From Nitrosopumilaceae archaeon (GTDB taxonomy: Archaea > Thermoproteota > Nitrososphaeria > Nitrososphaerales > Nitrosopumilaceae): a DNA stretch of 64,000 nucleotides. The stretch is taken from contig OZ242376.1 of assembly GCA_965209085.1 (NCBI GenBank), positions 192,001-256,000 of the forward strand. Direction: 5' to 3'. Shown here piece after piece: positions 10,347 to 20,979 of the stretch; position 1 is the stretch's first letter; each line of letters starts with the position of its first letter. A program made the position numbers and the translations under genes. The notes under the pieces are model-generated. The model worked only from the letters and a program-made list of their open reading frames with translations, was not told the DNA's origin and made no database searches.

Positions 10347-10799
10347 ATGTCAACATATACGGCAAAATATTCGTCACAATCGGCAAATTTCATAATCCCC
10401 ATCATAGCTTTGGCGTTTCTTGGCATAGTGTACATAATGTCCCAGCGCGCAGGCTCTGAATTTGTCAGTTTTATCCTAATTGGCGTAGCGGCAATTCCCA
10501 TGATATATTGGGTCGTCGTGGTAAAAAAAATGACTTTAAAGAGCGCTACTGCATACGCGCCGCGTGAACAGGATACGAAAAACTGGGTGTACGATCTCAT
10601 AAAAGGCGATAAGGAATTTGTATTTGTAGCCGAGGTTCCAGGTCCTGAAGATAAGATATCCGTGCGACTTGTTGATGACATATTGTACATACGTGGAAGC
10701 TCCAATTTTTCAAAGGAAATCACAATGGAAAATTCCGGAGAATTATCTGACTTTAAATATAAAAACGGCGTCCTAACGCTGCGGATAAAACACCTATAG
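10347..10799 (+). CDS. Membrane-anchored Hsp20/alpha-crystallin domain protein
   Basis: Two TM helices, then AEVPG...YKNGVLTL. Start moved to ATG 10347 behind a TATA box. Confidence 0.8.
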   Translation: MSTYTAKYSSQSANFIIPIIALAFLGIVYIMSQRAGSEFVSFILIGVAAIPMIYWVVVVKKMTLKSATAYAPREQDTKNWVYDLIKGDKEFVFVAEVPGPEDKISVRLVDDILYIRGSSNFSKEITMENSGELSDFKYKNGVLTLRIKHL

Positions 10800-11987
10800 G
10801 CTTTTTGCAAGCTCTAATTTCTGCGGCAGATACTTGTCGGTAATATTGGTCAATCCATATTTTGAAAATGCTTCCAGTTCTGCCTTGCGTTTTATTTTTA
10901 TAAATTCTTCTAGTTCTGTTTTCCATATTCCTTTTTGATATCTGGGATCTTTTTTCAGATCATGGCATCTTTTGATGTCCGATTCCGTCATGGGTATGGT
11001 AGGTAGCTTGTATTTTTCAATGTCCGATGCCCATACGCCAACCCATTTGGCGTCTGGCACGGTAAGATCCCGGAGATGGGCAGCGTTTGCCGATCCGGAT
11101 TTTATAACCATGGCAATGTGTTCTCCATACACGTCCCCGTCGGTCAGTATGATTACTGGAAGCCCAAGTTCGCTATTGAGGCGTTTTAAGAGGGTGCGTG
11201 TGGAACGAGGAGCCTGACCACCAGTATCCACTATTATTGCTTTGAATTTTTTATCCACCTGTTCTTCCACAAATCTGGTAAACAGACCGCCTTTTTCCAC
11301 AGCAATAACAATCTCAGCACTCGTGTCAATTAGTTCCGCACTGGTCAGGCTTGGACCTATTGCATAGCCGTCAGGATGGTTTGCAAGGTTCATTTTTTTC
11401 CCTTCATAACCTGGAACCGTATATTCTATGTTGAGATCTCCGAACACACTGCTTCGTTCTTCCGGAAAGACATGAAAGTCCTCCCTGGGTCTGGTCATAA
11501 CGGCTTCAAAATCGACAATAATATTGTCCGATTCTGATTGATCCTCAAAATCCACTGCAAATGCCTGTGAGGAATAATAAACATCCCTGAGCGTGGATGA
11601 TTTTTTCTCAGTTGTCAGCTTGTTGGCAAAAAATGCAAGCCAAACCAGCTGTGTATACGAACGAAGCTGGGATGTGTTTTTTGAATTACGCAGCGCAGCC
11701 GCATTTCCAAGTATGTATTGTCTGAGAGTTTCATCATATACAATGTTGCTTACTGATCTGCTTGGAATCAGCACATTTGGGAATTTGCCGCTGATTAGAT
11801 CATTGTATATTGCATTACCCTTGCTTTTTAATTCGCCAAGTATGGCCTCTTGTTTTTCTTTTGCACTGATTTTTTTTGCCTTGTTGTAGATATTGCCGGT
11901 GGTCCTTACACTTTTGATCCTGCTCTTCTTTGAGGAAGATCTTTTTGAGGCGGATTTTTTACCGCTATTTTTGCTTTTCATTTTCAT
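10794..11987 (-). CDS. top6A: DNA topoisomerase VI subunit A
   Basis: TLRDVYY catalytic Tyr, AVEK, DGD Toprim and KAELEA motifs. Confidence 0.96.
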   Translation of the reverse strand: MKMKSKNSGKKSASKRSSSKKSRIKSVRTTGNIYNKAKKISAKEKQEAILGELKSKGNAIYNDLISGKFPNVLIPSRSVSNIVYDETLRQYILGNAAALRNSKNTSQLRSYTQLVWLAFFANKLTTEKKSSTLRDVYYSSQAFAVDFEDQSESDNIIVDFEAVMTRPREDFHVFPEERSSVFGDLNIEYTVPGYEGKKMNLANHPDGYAIGPSLTSAELIDTSAEIVIAVEKGGLFTRFVEEQVDKKFKAIIVDTGGQAPRSTRTLLKRLNSELGLPVIILTDGDVYGEHIAMVIKSGSANAAHLRDLTVPDAKWVGVWASDIEKYKLPTIPMTESDIKRCHDLKKDPRYQKGIWKTELEEFIKIKRKAELEAFSKYGLTNITDKYLPQKLELAKSL

Positions 11988-13815
11988 CCTTCATATTTCC
12001 CACCGTTAGAAACTTTTCAATATCCGGTACTTTTTTCTTTCCAGCCAATTCCGTACAAAACTGGGCTATTAACGGAAGGTATTTGGAATACAGGTTTGCC
12101 CTTTTCTTTTCGGCATCTGCCCTGCCTCTTTTTTGCATGTATGATGCAAGCTTGCGCAGTAAAAATTGTAAGGTAAGCCTCAACTCCCTCTCTATCTCCT
12201 GTCTGTCTGCAACGTTTTCCTTACCAACGGTCTTGTAGGGAATGCGTGTGGAGCAAATATGCGATATTATGACCAGCGGAGGATCGTTTCCGACCTTGTA
12301 TCTTTTGAGATCCATTTCGTTTACAACCTTTAAGACTACATCGCTGCCTTCATCGTACAGCAGCGGTATGCGATTGGCATATCTGTACACCTTTGTACCG
12401 CCGGAAGGAATTTCCCCCCCGTATGCTACGGCCATTTCCACTACAAACGGAAAACCCGAATATGCCGAAGCCGAACGTTGCAAAACAACTAAAAAATCCG
12501 GACTAAAAAATTGGTTAATTCCCTTTTCAAGAGGTTTTTCACCTAGAGGTGCAAGACAGCTCGGATCCGGAGACAAAAAGTTGGTGTATCTTTGCAGTGC
12601 ATCGCTCAGTTTTACCAGTTCCTGGTTTGTCATGGTTCCAAGCCTCTTTTCGGGCTTGAATCCGGCAAATTTTGAAAATTTTTCAGCAGTTGTGCGTCCA
12701 ACCCTTTGGAATCGCTTTGAGAGAAACGTGGAAAGCGTCTCACCTTGTATGATGCCAGCCACCTGTTTGTAATAATCGTCTTCGATCATGTCGATTGTGA
12801 TTGATTTTGATTTGCCAAAATCCCAATAGGTAATTTTTTTGTTGAGCAGATCAATATCCTCAATCTTTATCTTGGAAATTGTCTCAATATCGACTTTCAT
12901 CTGTGCCATTAACGATATTATAACTTTGGACTGTTTGGTCATGCCGGACCATTTTTTCGAAGCTTTTGCCAGTATTGTCTGCAGTGTTGGATTTGATTTT
13001 GGCTTTATCCCAAGCTCCTTTAGAATTCTGTTCATTATAGCATCATCAAAACTGGGTATGTCAAAGGCACTCTCAGTAATCATGCGCCGTATGGTCTCCA
13101 CGTCTACGCCGTACGGATGAGGATTGATTATTGTCGGAGGTTTTGGCATTTCGTTGATTATTCTGCTGTATTTGTAATTCTCGCCCTTTGGATCATCAAA
13201 GGTCACGGTTGCATACGGGGTAATAAGCGACGTCTGGTACACATAATCCCTGATCTTTGTACCGGCTTTTGTATAATCCCCCTCCAAACAAATGCTTATG
13301 GAAAGACCTTTTTTTGAAACCGGTTTTGATTCGTGTTTTAAAATAACCGGTTTATTTTTTTGTATGTCCAAAAGCATCTCGTATGATTCCTGAGTTTGCC
13401 CGTCCACGGAACTGTTTACTTTTACCGGTTTGTTCGTAGTAATCTGTCCGTAAAGTATTGCCATGGTTGCCCCAAGACCAAACATTCCCCTTGCCTGCTT
13501 TAATCCGAATTTTGATCCGTATAGAACAGTTCCAAATGCTTTGGGAATGTATTTTGATTCTATGCCCGGACCGTTGTCCTTTACGGTAAGTATGTACGCT
13601 TTGGGATCTTGTTTTTCTGGTTCAACAGCCTTTATCGAAAGATGTACGTTTGGCAATATGCCCTGCTGATCACACGCATCAAGTGCATTTTCAACAAATT
13701 CTCTTACGGCTGTATACAGTGATCTTGTGGGGTTGCTAAATCCTGCCAAATCCCTGTTTCTATAAAAAAATTCGCTGGGGGATATTTGATTAAAACTTTC
13801 CTTAATTGTGGACAT
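11965..13815 (-). CDS. top6B: DNA topoisomerase VI subunit B
   Basis: GHKL motifs EFVENALDA, DNGPG and RGMFGLG; RYANRIPLLY. Confidence 0.96.
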   Translation of the reverse strand: MSTIKESFNQISPSEFFYRNRDLAGFSNPTRSLYTAVREFVENALDACDQQGILPNVHLSIKAVEPEKQDPKAYILTVKDNGPGIESKYIPKAFGTVLYGSKFGLKQARGMFGLGATMAILYGQITTNKPVKVNSSVDGQTQESYEMLLDIQKNKPVILKHESKPVSKKGLSISICLEGDYTKAGTKIRDYVYQTSLITPYATVTFDDPKGENYKYSRIINEMPKPPTIINPHPYGVDVETIRRMITESAFDIPSFDDAIMNRILKELGIKPKSNPTLQTILAKASKKWSGMTKQSKVIISLMAQMKVDIETISKIKIEDIDLLNKKITYWDFGKSKSITIDMIEDDYYKQVAGIIQGETLSTFLSKRFQRVGRTTAEKFSKFAGFKPEKRLGTMTNQELVKLSDALQRYTNFLSPDPSCLAPLGEKPLEKGINQFFSPDFLVVLQRSASAYSGFPFVVEMAVAYGGEIPSGGTKVYRYANRIPLLYDEGSDVVLKVVNEMDLKRYKVGNDPPLVIISHICSTRIPYKTVGKENVADRQEIERELRLTLQFLLRKLASYMQKRGRADAEKKRANLYSKYLPLIAQFCTELAGKKKVPDIEKFLTVGNMKDENEKQK

Positions 13816-14374
13816 TTTGACCCTCCCATAAAATCATCTTTTCCTGTTTTACGCGTCGTCTTGAGGATTCCAGCTTGCTGTACACTGAACTGTGCATGCT
13901 GCCAAAACATAATGTTGATACAGCTTCTGAAGCGCTTTTCATTTTGGATACATTACCTATTATGGAAACAGTACGTCCGTATATGGATAATTTGGTTCCG
14001 CTTAAACTCTCTATGCTTTTTCTCGCTCTTCCCTTTTCGCCTATCAGTCTGGCTCTTACGCGTTCCACCTGTTTTGGGGATTTACCGGAAAATTCACGTA
14101 TGTCCATAATGTGCAGCGTGTTTTCTTCTTCAAGCAGATCAAAAGCATTATCGGGGGAAAAACCCCTGCCGATTGCCGATATAATTTCCGCAGCCTTGAA
14201 TGGAAGCATTTTTTCAATGTTTGAATTTGCATATATTGAAGCTTCACCGGTTTGTCCGTCTACGTTAATTTTCACGCCACATATTTCTTCAATGTGCGAT
14301 TTTGTTTTTCCACCTTTGCCTATCAGTACGGCTATGCGTTCTGTGGGTATTCTGATAATTTTTTCATAATTCAT
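13802..14374 (-). CDS. KH-domain pre-rRNA processing protein (Dim2/Pno1)
   Basis: LIGKGG, AIGRGF and RLIGEKG KH motifs; lies next to rio1. Confidence 0.9.
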   Translation of the reverse strand: MNYEKIIRIPTERIAVLIGKGGKTKSHIEEICGVKINVDGQTGEASIYANSNIEKMLPFKAAEIISAIGRGFSPDNAFDLLEEENTLHIMDIREFSGKSPKQVERVRARLIGEKGRARKSIESLSGTKLSIYGRTVSIIGNVSKMKSASEAVSTLCFGSMHSSVYSKLESSRRRVKQEKMILWEGQNVHN

Positions 14375-15168
14375 TCAATCACTTCCTTTAACACATCCGC
14401 AGGGTTGGTCACTTTTAATCCTCTTTTTACAAAAAAGTTTGTTATGTTATTAATGTCTCTTTTCAAAAACCCCAACGCTCCAGGATGCCTTTTGTCAACA
14501 GCCGATCCCAAATCAAAAACAATCAAACCTGAATCATCCTTGAATATGTTGTATTCTGACAGATCCCCGTGAACCAATCCGGCTTTTAAATACATATTTT
14601 TCATGATGGATATGGTATCTGTATAATCATCGTATGATATCTGTGCGGCGTGCATGGTTTTCTGTGGCATACCGCCGGATCCTACAAAACGTGTGGCCAT
14701 GACATTTTTTGAAACTTGGATGGGTTCTGGAACGCGAATTCCTTTTTCATAGCACAGCGTCATGTTTGTAAATTCTTTACGGGCCCACAGGTTTACCATG
14801 TTACGCGTTCCTTTTTTTATTCTCCCAAACCTTGGATCACCATCGATATAGGGCATACGCTTTTTGAAATTTGCAGTTGATACAAGATGCACCTTGAGTG
14901 CTATGTCCAAATCATTACCGCCTACTGCCCAAAACACGACCGACTCTTTACCTGCGCTGATAATTCCGTTGACGTATGATAAGATGCCGGATTTTATCAT
15001 ATCATATATGGTCATGATGGCTTGCTTGTCCAACGCCTCGTTTACAGTTTTGTTTCCTTCGAATCCGTCAAAGAGCTTGCTTTTGGTGGATCTTGCCAAT
15101 TTTGTTTTGATTTTAGAGGATGCATTGCTGTCCAATTCATACGATGTGGACATTACCTTGTTTGTCAA
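14371..15168 (-). CDS. rio1: RIO1 family atypical protein kinase
   Basis: SAGKES, WARKEF.N, LVHGDLSEYNI and FDLGSAV motifs. Confidence 0.93.
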   Translation of the reverse strand: MTNKVMSTSYELDSNASSKIKTKLARSTKSKLFDGFEGNKTVNEALDKQAIMTIYDMIKSGILSYVNGIISAGKESVVFWAVGGNDLDIALKVHLVSTANFKKRMPYIDGDPRFGRIKKGTRNMVNLWARKEFTNMTLCYEKGIRVPEPIQVSKNVMATRFVGSGGMPQKTMHAAQISYDDYTDTISIMKNMYLKAGLVHGDLSEYNIFKDDSGLIVFDLGSAVDKRHPGALGFLKRDINNITNFFVKRGLKVTNPADVLKEVIE

Positions 15169-15176
15169 TTATGTCC

Positions 15177-15494
15177 TCAAAAGTCTCGAGCAAGATGATT
15201 GCCGTTTTTGAGCCAGTCTACCTGCGGCAGTGTAAATCTCCATACGATGTCTCCGCGTTCGTCTTTTTTGAAATCCCACGGGGCTATTATGACAATATCG
15301 TTATCGCGTATCCAAATACGGCGTTTTAATTTTCCGCGTATTCTACCCCTTCTCGTTATGCCGTCTGTACATTTTACCAAAACCTGATCACTGCCCAAAA
15401 GCTTGATTACTCGTCCCAAAAGCTCGCCTTCTTCTGGAAGCCTAATCTCTTTTAACGCACTCTCATTGAGTACCTTTCGTTTTCCCACAAACAT
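15177..15494 (-). CDS. eif1a: Translation initiation factor aIF-1A
   Basis: GRIRGKLKRRIWIR.ND...PWDF and GDIVWR motifs. Confidence 0.95.
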   Translation of the reverse strand: MFVGKRKVLNESALKEIRLPEEGELLGRVIKLLGSDQVLVKCTDGITRRGRIRGKLKRRIWIRDNDIVIIAPWDFKKDERGDIVWRFTLPQVDWLKNGNHLARDF

Positions 15495-15525
15495 TATTTG
15501 GGTTTTTTATATATAACTGTGATGT

Positions 15526-15828
15526 TTACGCCTTGTAAACTATGAGAAATGGTACGCCGTCTACGGTTTTAATTCCTTGTTTTGAACCAACACCAAGCTC
15601 GATTGCGGCCGATACGGTTTTCTTTCCCACCATATTGATTATCAAATACTGTCGCAAAAGATTTTTAGCTTCTGCCATGCCCACTGTTTTATCACCGTAA
15701 TAATTTTTGCTGATGCTTATCACATGTTTCTTGTCACTAATGTCGCGTCCAAGAAGATCCGCATCGCACATGTTTAGCATTGTACTGCCTTGATAATTTG
15801 CAACTTTGATTGAAAATTCTGCATTCAT
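15526..15828 (-). CDS. DUF424 family protein
   Basis: CDADLLG...YYG...INMVG pattern. Start ATG 15828 overlaps the aIF-2beta stop. Confidence 0.8.
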   Translation of the reverse strand: MNAEFSIKVANYQGSTMLNMCDADLLGRDISDKKHVISISKNYYGDKTVGMAEAKNLLRQYLIINMVGKKTVSAAIELGVGSKQGIKTVDGVPFLIVYKA

Positions 15829-16247
15829 GCGTATTTGCCTTTCATTGTAGATTTTGCACCGCATGCTTCACAGATAAGAAAAGGTATTCTGTTTTCTTTT
15901 TCTATTTTTGTATCGGGGCTTCCACAAGTGGGACATTTTACATAATCTTTTATGTAAATTTCAAACAGTCGTGTAAAATCATCCGGATCACGTTTTCCTA
16001 TAAACATGGCCTTTTCCCCCAAAAGCTGGGCGGGTACGGCAAATTCTTTGGCCAGATATTGGAGTATTTTATCTGGATTGCGTCTCAAAATCTTTGGATA
16101 TTCTGAAAAATTACGCAGGAACGTTTTCTGCCCTTCCCATGCCACGTCGACCGGAGGAATTTCAAAACGTGTGGAATTTTTGACACTCCCGTCGGATATC
16201 TTGTCACTTATTCTTTTTAGCAGTTTTTCATATTCTGATTTGACCAT
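15825..16247 (-). CDS. eif2b: Translation initiation factor aIF-2 beta
   Basis: RFEIP, TFLRNF and YVKCPTCGSPDT...CEACGA. Start at ATG 16247. Confidence 0.95.
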   Translation of the reverse strand: MVKSEYEKLLKRISDKISDGSVKNSTRFEIPPVDVAWEGQKTFLRNFSEYPKILRRNPDKILQYLAKEFAVPAQLLGEKAMFIGKRDPDDFTRLFEIYIKDYVKCPTCGSPDTKIEKENRIPFLICEACGAKSTMKGKYA

Positions 16248-16412
16248 ATATTGCCTGTATGTGTGTGTAATATATGGATTAACACGGGGCAAATTTTTCC
16301 AAAATTACACGTTTGAATTTGGCATAATCGGTTTTATATGCGATCGACGATAACCTGCGGTATCGCCTAAAAGGCATCCGAATAAAAAATATGGATTTAA
16401 AAAATGACGATT

Positions 16413-16556
16413 TTATGGTTTGCCTATACGGAAAACATTGGTGTTGCAAACGGGACACTTGCCTTTTACTGCAGGACGGCCGTTTTTTAGCGTTGTCACC
16501 TCAGGATCCATTATTTCTTGTTTTTTTCTGCATTTGACGCAGTATGCTTCTGTCAT
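16413..16556 (-). CDS. Small basic zinc-ribbon protein (DUF5679-like), 47 aa
   Basis: MTEAYCVKCRKK...KNGRPAVKGKCPVC...FRI. Confidence 0.85.
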   Translation of the reverse strand: MTEAYCVKCRKKQEIMDPEVTTLKNGRPAVKGKCPVCNTNVFRIGKP

Positions 16557-16707
16557 GAAAAACATAAGATACAGGCAGTATTTAGTTAACGACTGTAAAC
16601 AATTTTTAACTATAAGATGTGTACTGAAGGAATTATTTTTGTAAAATCTGCGGCATTTTACGTCAAATTGTGCCATCAGTTATAACATACGTCCTAGGCA
16701 AATTGTC

Positions 16708-17196
16708 GTGGCGTCGAAAAAAGGGATAATAATGACCATAGTGGTTTTAGGATTCATTACGGCGGCAAGTTTTTTGGTATGGACACTTCCACAAGGGGCC
16801 ACCATAAGCGTTTCAGATTACGGGGCATACCTTGACCGTGTACAACAGATAAACCGGGTCGTTGTGGAAGAGATCGATGATAATTTTCAAATGCTCACAT
16901 CCGGCGGTCTTGATGCTGACGCATACGTTGATGCTGCAAAAACTTCGTCTGCACAACTGCGTTCAGAGCTGATACAAATGATGCAGGTAGGTGTTCCAGA
17001 GCAATGGGCAGAAAGCTACCAAAAACAGGTCGATTCAACAAGGCTCTCATTAGAGTACATCCGGGAAACCATTACAGTAGCCGAAAAAATTGACAAAGGC
17101 GATGACACAGATGATGCTGTCACAAGTGTCGAGGCGATGCGTGAACGCGCTGACACAGCAGACATGAAAGTAAATCACACGCGTCCTGACACCTAG
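16708..17196 (+). CDS. Hypothetical protein with N-terminal membrane anchor
   Basis: N-terminal TM helix and helical body; TATA box upstream. Confidence 0.75.
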   Translation: MASKKGIIMTIVVLGFITAASFLVWTLPQGATISVSDYGAYLDRVQQINRVVVEEIDDNFQMLTSGGLDADAYVDAAKTSSAQLRSELIQMMQVGVPEQWAESYQKQVDSTRLSLEYIRETITVAEKIDKGDDTDDAVTSVEAMRERADTADMKVNHTRPDT

Positions 17197-17247
17197 GCAC
17201 GCACCTGCTAGGTAACCGTTAAAAGGCGATTTTGTGTATTACAGTAA

Positions 17248-18366
17248 ATGCAAAAAGAAACCGTAATTGATACAAAGACAGAATCTGCCAAACTTTTGGT
17301 CATATGCGTGGATCGGGACAATGACGTGGGTGAGAAAACCGGACTTGCAACTCCTGTAGTGGGACGCAATGCATGCATTGAAGCGGCACAGAAACTGGCG
17401 CTTGAGGATCCCGAAGATGCGGATTCAAACGCAATATTTTCCGCGATAAAAACATACGAGGATTTGATCAGCAGGGGATACAAGGCGCAGGTAATCATAG
17501 TAACGGGCGTAGAGCACAGGGGAGTGGCAGCTGATGAAAAAATTGCTCTAGAAATAAAATCTGTCCTTAAAACATACAGTGCAAACGGCGCCGTAATTGT
17601 ATCTGACGGCGAAGATGATGAATCGGTAATTCCGGTCATACAGAATGTTCTTCCGGTAGTTTCCGTACAACGCGTAGTAATGAGGGTAAGCCGCACGGTG
17701 GAATACTCGTACGCGGTGTTTGCAAAATATGTAAAAATGCTTGCATACGATTCCAAATATTCAAAATTTTTCCTGGGTGTTCCAGGGATACTGCTGCTGA
17801 TAGGAGGTATTGCAACAGCATTCGGATATACGGCGGAAATTTTTGCAGTACTAGTTAGCATACTTGGAGCTGCATTTGTCATACGGGCATTTGACATAGA
17901 CAAGGCGTGGACTAGCTGGACCAAACCTTCTCCTTCGGGTTTTGTCAGATTGTTCACCGTAGTGGCGGGAATTGTGCTAATTCTCTCTTCGTTGGCTGCC
18001 GGATTCTCTGCTATAACATTAGATGAGATCTCCCAACCCTCGGATCTTTTGACCAATGGGGCAATCGCAGGCCAGTTTATCACTGGAGCGCTGCCCATAA
18101 TGTGGGTCGGATTGGGAACGCTGTTTGCAGGCACCCTGATCAGCAATTTGCTGGGAGGCGTCCAACGGCAGATAAACGACTCGCTTCGAATAATCGCCCT
18201 AGCCTCGCTGTATCCAACATTGGCACAGTTTGCACACATTTTGGTAACAGGCGAGAGTACGTTGACACTTGTTCTGCCGCTTGTGATCGGCCTGACGATC
18301 ACGGTCATAGCCGCCTTTGCTCTTTTCAAACGGTACAGAAACCCGCGTACAAATCTGGAATTGTAA
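17248..18366 (+). CDS. DUF373 family membrane protein
   Basis: LVICVDRDNDVGEK, DPEDADSN and VSDGEDDE motifs; C-terminal TM helices. Confidence 0.88.
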   Translation: MQKETVIDTKTESAKLLVICVDRDNDVGEKTGLATPVVGRNACIEAAQKLALEDPEDADSNAIFSAIKTYEDLISRGYKAQVIIVTGVEHRGVAADEKIALEIKSVLKTYSANGAVIVSDGEDDESVIPVIQNVLPVVSVQRVVMRVSRTVEYSYAVFAKYVKMLAYDSKYSKFFLGVPGILLLIGGIATAFGYTAEIFAVLVSILGAAFVIRAFDIDKAWTSWTKPSPSGFVRLFTVVAGIVLILSSLAAGFSAITLDEISQPSDLLTNGAIAGQFITGALPIMWVGLGTLFAGTLISNLLGGVQRQINDSLRIIALASLYPTLAQFAHILVTGESTLTLVLPLVIGLTITVIAAFALFKRYRNPRTNLEL

Positions 18367-18409
18367 CATTTCCCATCTGTTAAATAAACGGCGTGGGGAG
18401 TGTTTTTTA

Positions 18410-19144
18410 ATGGACTCTCAAAATCCTCCAAGTGTGGATTCTCCATTTTTACATCATGTAGGATTTATTCTAGATGGCAACCGCAGGTGGATGAAAAACA
18501 AAAACCTGCTGGGAATAGCGCACAAGGCCGGAGCTGACAAGGTGGAAGATCTGATTGACTGGTCGTACGAGCTGGGCATAAAGACAATTACGCTGTACGT
18601 ACTCTCAACGGAAAATCTGATACGCGAATGCGACTATCTTGAACAGCTTTATGATCTTATGGTGGAAAGACTGGAAAAATTATATTCTGATCCAAACCTG
18701 CACAAGAGGAAAATGCGCATAACTGCGATAGGCGAAATTAATCTTTTACCGGACAGAGTGCAAAAATTATTTGCAACACTTGATGAGGCGACAGCAGGAT
18801 ACGATGGACAATATGTCAACTTTGCCGTGGCATACGGCGGACGCCATGAAATAATACACGCGGTAAAAAAGATCTGCGCCAAGGTAAAAAAAGGGGACCT
18901 CTTACCGGATGAAATAAACGAAAAGATTTTTGAATCGTGCCTGTATACGTCAAAAATACCAAATCCGCAGCCGGATCTGATTATTCGCACGGCGGGGGAA
19001 ACAAGACTCAGCGGATTTTTACTCTGGCAGTGTGCCTATAGCGAGCTAATCTTTTTGGACATTCTGTGGCCTGAATTTGAAAAAAAGAATCTGATCGAAT
19101 CCATAGAGATGTACCATAACCGCGGAAGGAGGTTTGGAAAATGA
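18410..19144 (+). CDS. uppS: cis-prenyltransferase (undecaprenyl-diphosphate synthase family)
   Basis: HVGFILDGNRRW, STEN, YGGR and PDLIIRTAGETRLSGFLLWQ motifs. Confidence 0.93.
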   Translation: MDSQNPPSVDSPFLHHVGFILDGNRRWMKNKNLLGIAHKAGADKVEDLIDWSYELGIKTITLYVLSTENLIRECDYLEQLYDLMVERLEKLYSDPNLHKRKMRITAIGEINLLPDRVQKLFATLDEATAGYDGQYVNFAVAYGGRHEIIHAVKKICAKVKKGDLLPDEINEKIFESCLYTSKIPNPQPDLIIRTAGETRLSGFLLWQCAYSELIFLDILWPEFEKKNLIESIEMYHNRGRRFGK

Positions 19145-19566
19145 AACAGATTGAACAAACTTCAGCCGGCGCTGTCATATACCGAGATCTGCTGAACGGC
19201 AGGGAGTATCTACTGCTACGATATCTTGGAGGACACTGGGATTTTGTAAAAGGCAAGACCGAAGCTGGAGAATCACTCAAAGATACGGTAATACGGGAAA
19301 CACAGGAAGAGACTGGCATATCGGATCTTGTCATTGAAGACGGGTTTGAAGATGAGATTTACTACCGGTTCAAACACGATAGCACCCTGATAAGCAAACG
19401 AGTCGTGTTTTATCTTGCAAGCACAAAAACCGAACGTGTGGTAATATCTGACGAGCACACAGATTATGCGTGGATGGGAATGAACGATGCCATGCAAAGA
19501 CTCACTTATGATAATGCACGGTTTGTTTTGTTCCGTGCCGATAAAAAATTATCCTCATCTATCTAG
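19141..19566 (+). CDS. NUDIX hydrolase, Ap4A hydrolase-like
   Basis: Nudix box GKTEAGES...RETQEETG; SDEH. Confidence 0.88.
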   Translation: MKQIEQTSAGAVIYRDLLNGREYLLLRYLGGHWDFVKGKTEAGESLKDTVIRETQEETGISDLVIEDGFEDEIYYRFKHDSTLISKRVVFYLASTKTERVVISDEHTDYAWMGMNDAMQRLTYDNARFVLFRADKKLSSSI

Positions 19567-20280
19567 AATAGTTTTTGCCGCTTTTGCAGGATTTACAGAA
19601 TTTATAACGCTTCTTCCCGCTATGAGATACTTTGTTCCAGCTTTGATCGCCATGCGCGGATCCCCGCCCTGAACCCCGACTCCGGGAGAGTATATTGCAG
19701 TGTGCGGGGATTTTTTTCTGCACTCTGCGATTATCTTTGGATATGTTGCACCAACTACAATGCCGTCAACTTTTGCGTACAATGCCCAGTTTAGAAACAG
19801 CTCGTACAGACGTTTGCCACTTTTTACGGGCGTCTCGTACGCCTCTTTGGCCTCTGGCGCACTCATATGGCATAGGGATATTATTCCCATGCGGCGGCGG
19901 CGCGCCTGAATAACCAGTGCGGCAAGAGCTTTTTTGCCCATTATTGGATTTGTAATCACCGCATCAAAGCCCATTTTATTCAGACATTCTAGCGCAGCCG
20001 TATTTGTATTGCCAATATCGTTGAGTTTAATGTCTGCAATGCACGTTAGACCCAGTTTGTGCGCTGCTGAATTTACAGCCGCCATTTCCGAGGGACCGGT
20101 GCTTAGAAGCATGTGGAAGTTTATTTTTATGGCGCATATGCTGCCGCCTGCGGATTTTATGACTTTGAGAGTCTTGGATTTTACCGCCCTAGTGCCGGGA
20201 GCATAGTCGCATGCAAGAATGAGCGGACCGCTTCCTGCCGAAGCTTTTGCTATTCTAGTTTTGAAGCTGGGTGTGGTCAA
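19555..20280 (-). CDS. pyrF: Orotidine 5'-phosphate decarboxylase
   Basis: DIKLNDIGNT, VVGAT, SPGVG.QGG and GRS motifs. Confidence 0.93.
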   Translation of the reverse strand: MTTPSFKTRIAKASAGSGPLILACDYAPGTRAVKSKTLKVIKSAGGSICAIKINFHMLLSTGPSEMAAVNSAAHKLGLTCIADIKLNDIGNTNTAALECLNKMGFDAVITNPIMGKKALAALVIQARRRRMGIISLCHMSAPEAKEAYETPVKSGKRLYELFLNWALYAKVDGIVVGATYPKIIAECRKKSPHTAIYSPGVGVQGGDPRMAIKAGTKYLIAGRSVINSVNPAKAAKTILDR

Positions 20281-20923
20281 CTAGCGGATGCATCTCCATG
20301 AGTTTTATTATCTTAATGTACGTATATCCGTGTCCATCCAGATTGTCTACAAATTCAGGCATTTTGCCGTTGTTTAACGAATATCTTAGAAACGGCATTT
20401 TTGGTTTTTCATCCATCTGCACGTACAAAAAATACGAAGGACCATCCTCATTGAAATTCATAAACAGACCTATGAGCCATTTTTCACCGTACGGAAACGC
20501 AAAGAGTGGAAACGGAACCTCGTCTAATCCGTAACTTAGTTTTGCAAGACTTGCAATGTCTTCAAGTCTTACCGGGTGGTATTTTGTCCCCTCGCCGTTG
20601 CCGTCTTTTAGGATGTTTGGCAAATCTTTTATTTTTATTATGGGCGAATACAGTTTACTGTTGTCGTTGGTGTTTTCAACTATGGACGCATTTTCTTTGC
20701 CTACTTTAAAACCATAGCACAGATAGTGTCCGGCATCGCTGTTTGGCGTATAGTATATGACAGGTTTCTCATTTAGCAGATCAATTTGTACGGAGAGAAC
20801 TTTGGAGCCGTCGTGTTCGTGCAAAAACGACACCCTTGGCATACGTTCTAGCGCGCATACTAGACGGGAAAATTCAAGAGTTGATTCAACCTGTATGTAT
20901 TTTGGGCGAGAATTTGATTCCAC
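20255..20923 (-). CDS. Conserved hypothetical protein
   Basis: 222-aa ORF overlapping pyrF in an operon, GTG start. Confidence 0.75.
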   Translation of the reverse strand: MESNSRPKYIQVESTLEFSRLVCALERMPRVSFLHEHDGSKVLSVQIDLLNEKPVIYYTPNSDAGHYLCYGFKVGKENASIVENTNDNSKLYSPIIKIKDLPNILKDGNGEGTKYHPVRLEDIASLAKLSYGLDEVPFPLFAFPYGEKWLIGLFMNFNEDGPSYFLYVQMDEKPKMPFLRYSLNNGKMPEFVDNLDGHGYTYIKIIKLMEMHPLVDHTQLQN

Positions 20924-20979
20924 ATAAACCGTATAAAATCAAACCAAATAAACCTAACCCGTGAGTAATTGTTTTACCC

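Noticed and set aside
12760-13080. Long insertion in topoisomerase VI B considered as a possible intein
   Set aside because: No Cys/Ser start, His-Asn end or LAGLIDADG motifs; more likely a lineage-specific domain insertion.
17208-18446. 412-aa antisense ORF over the DUF373 gene, and similar long shadow ORFs at 29526-30365 and 47883-48599
   Set aside because: They mirror well-supported genes on the opposite strand and show no motifs of their own.
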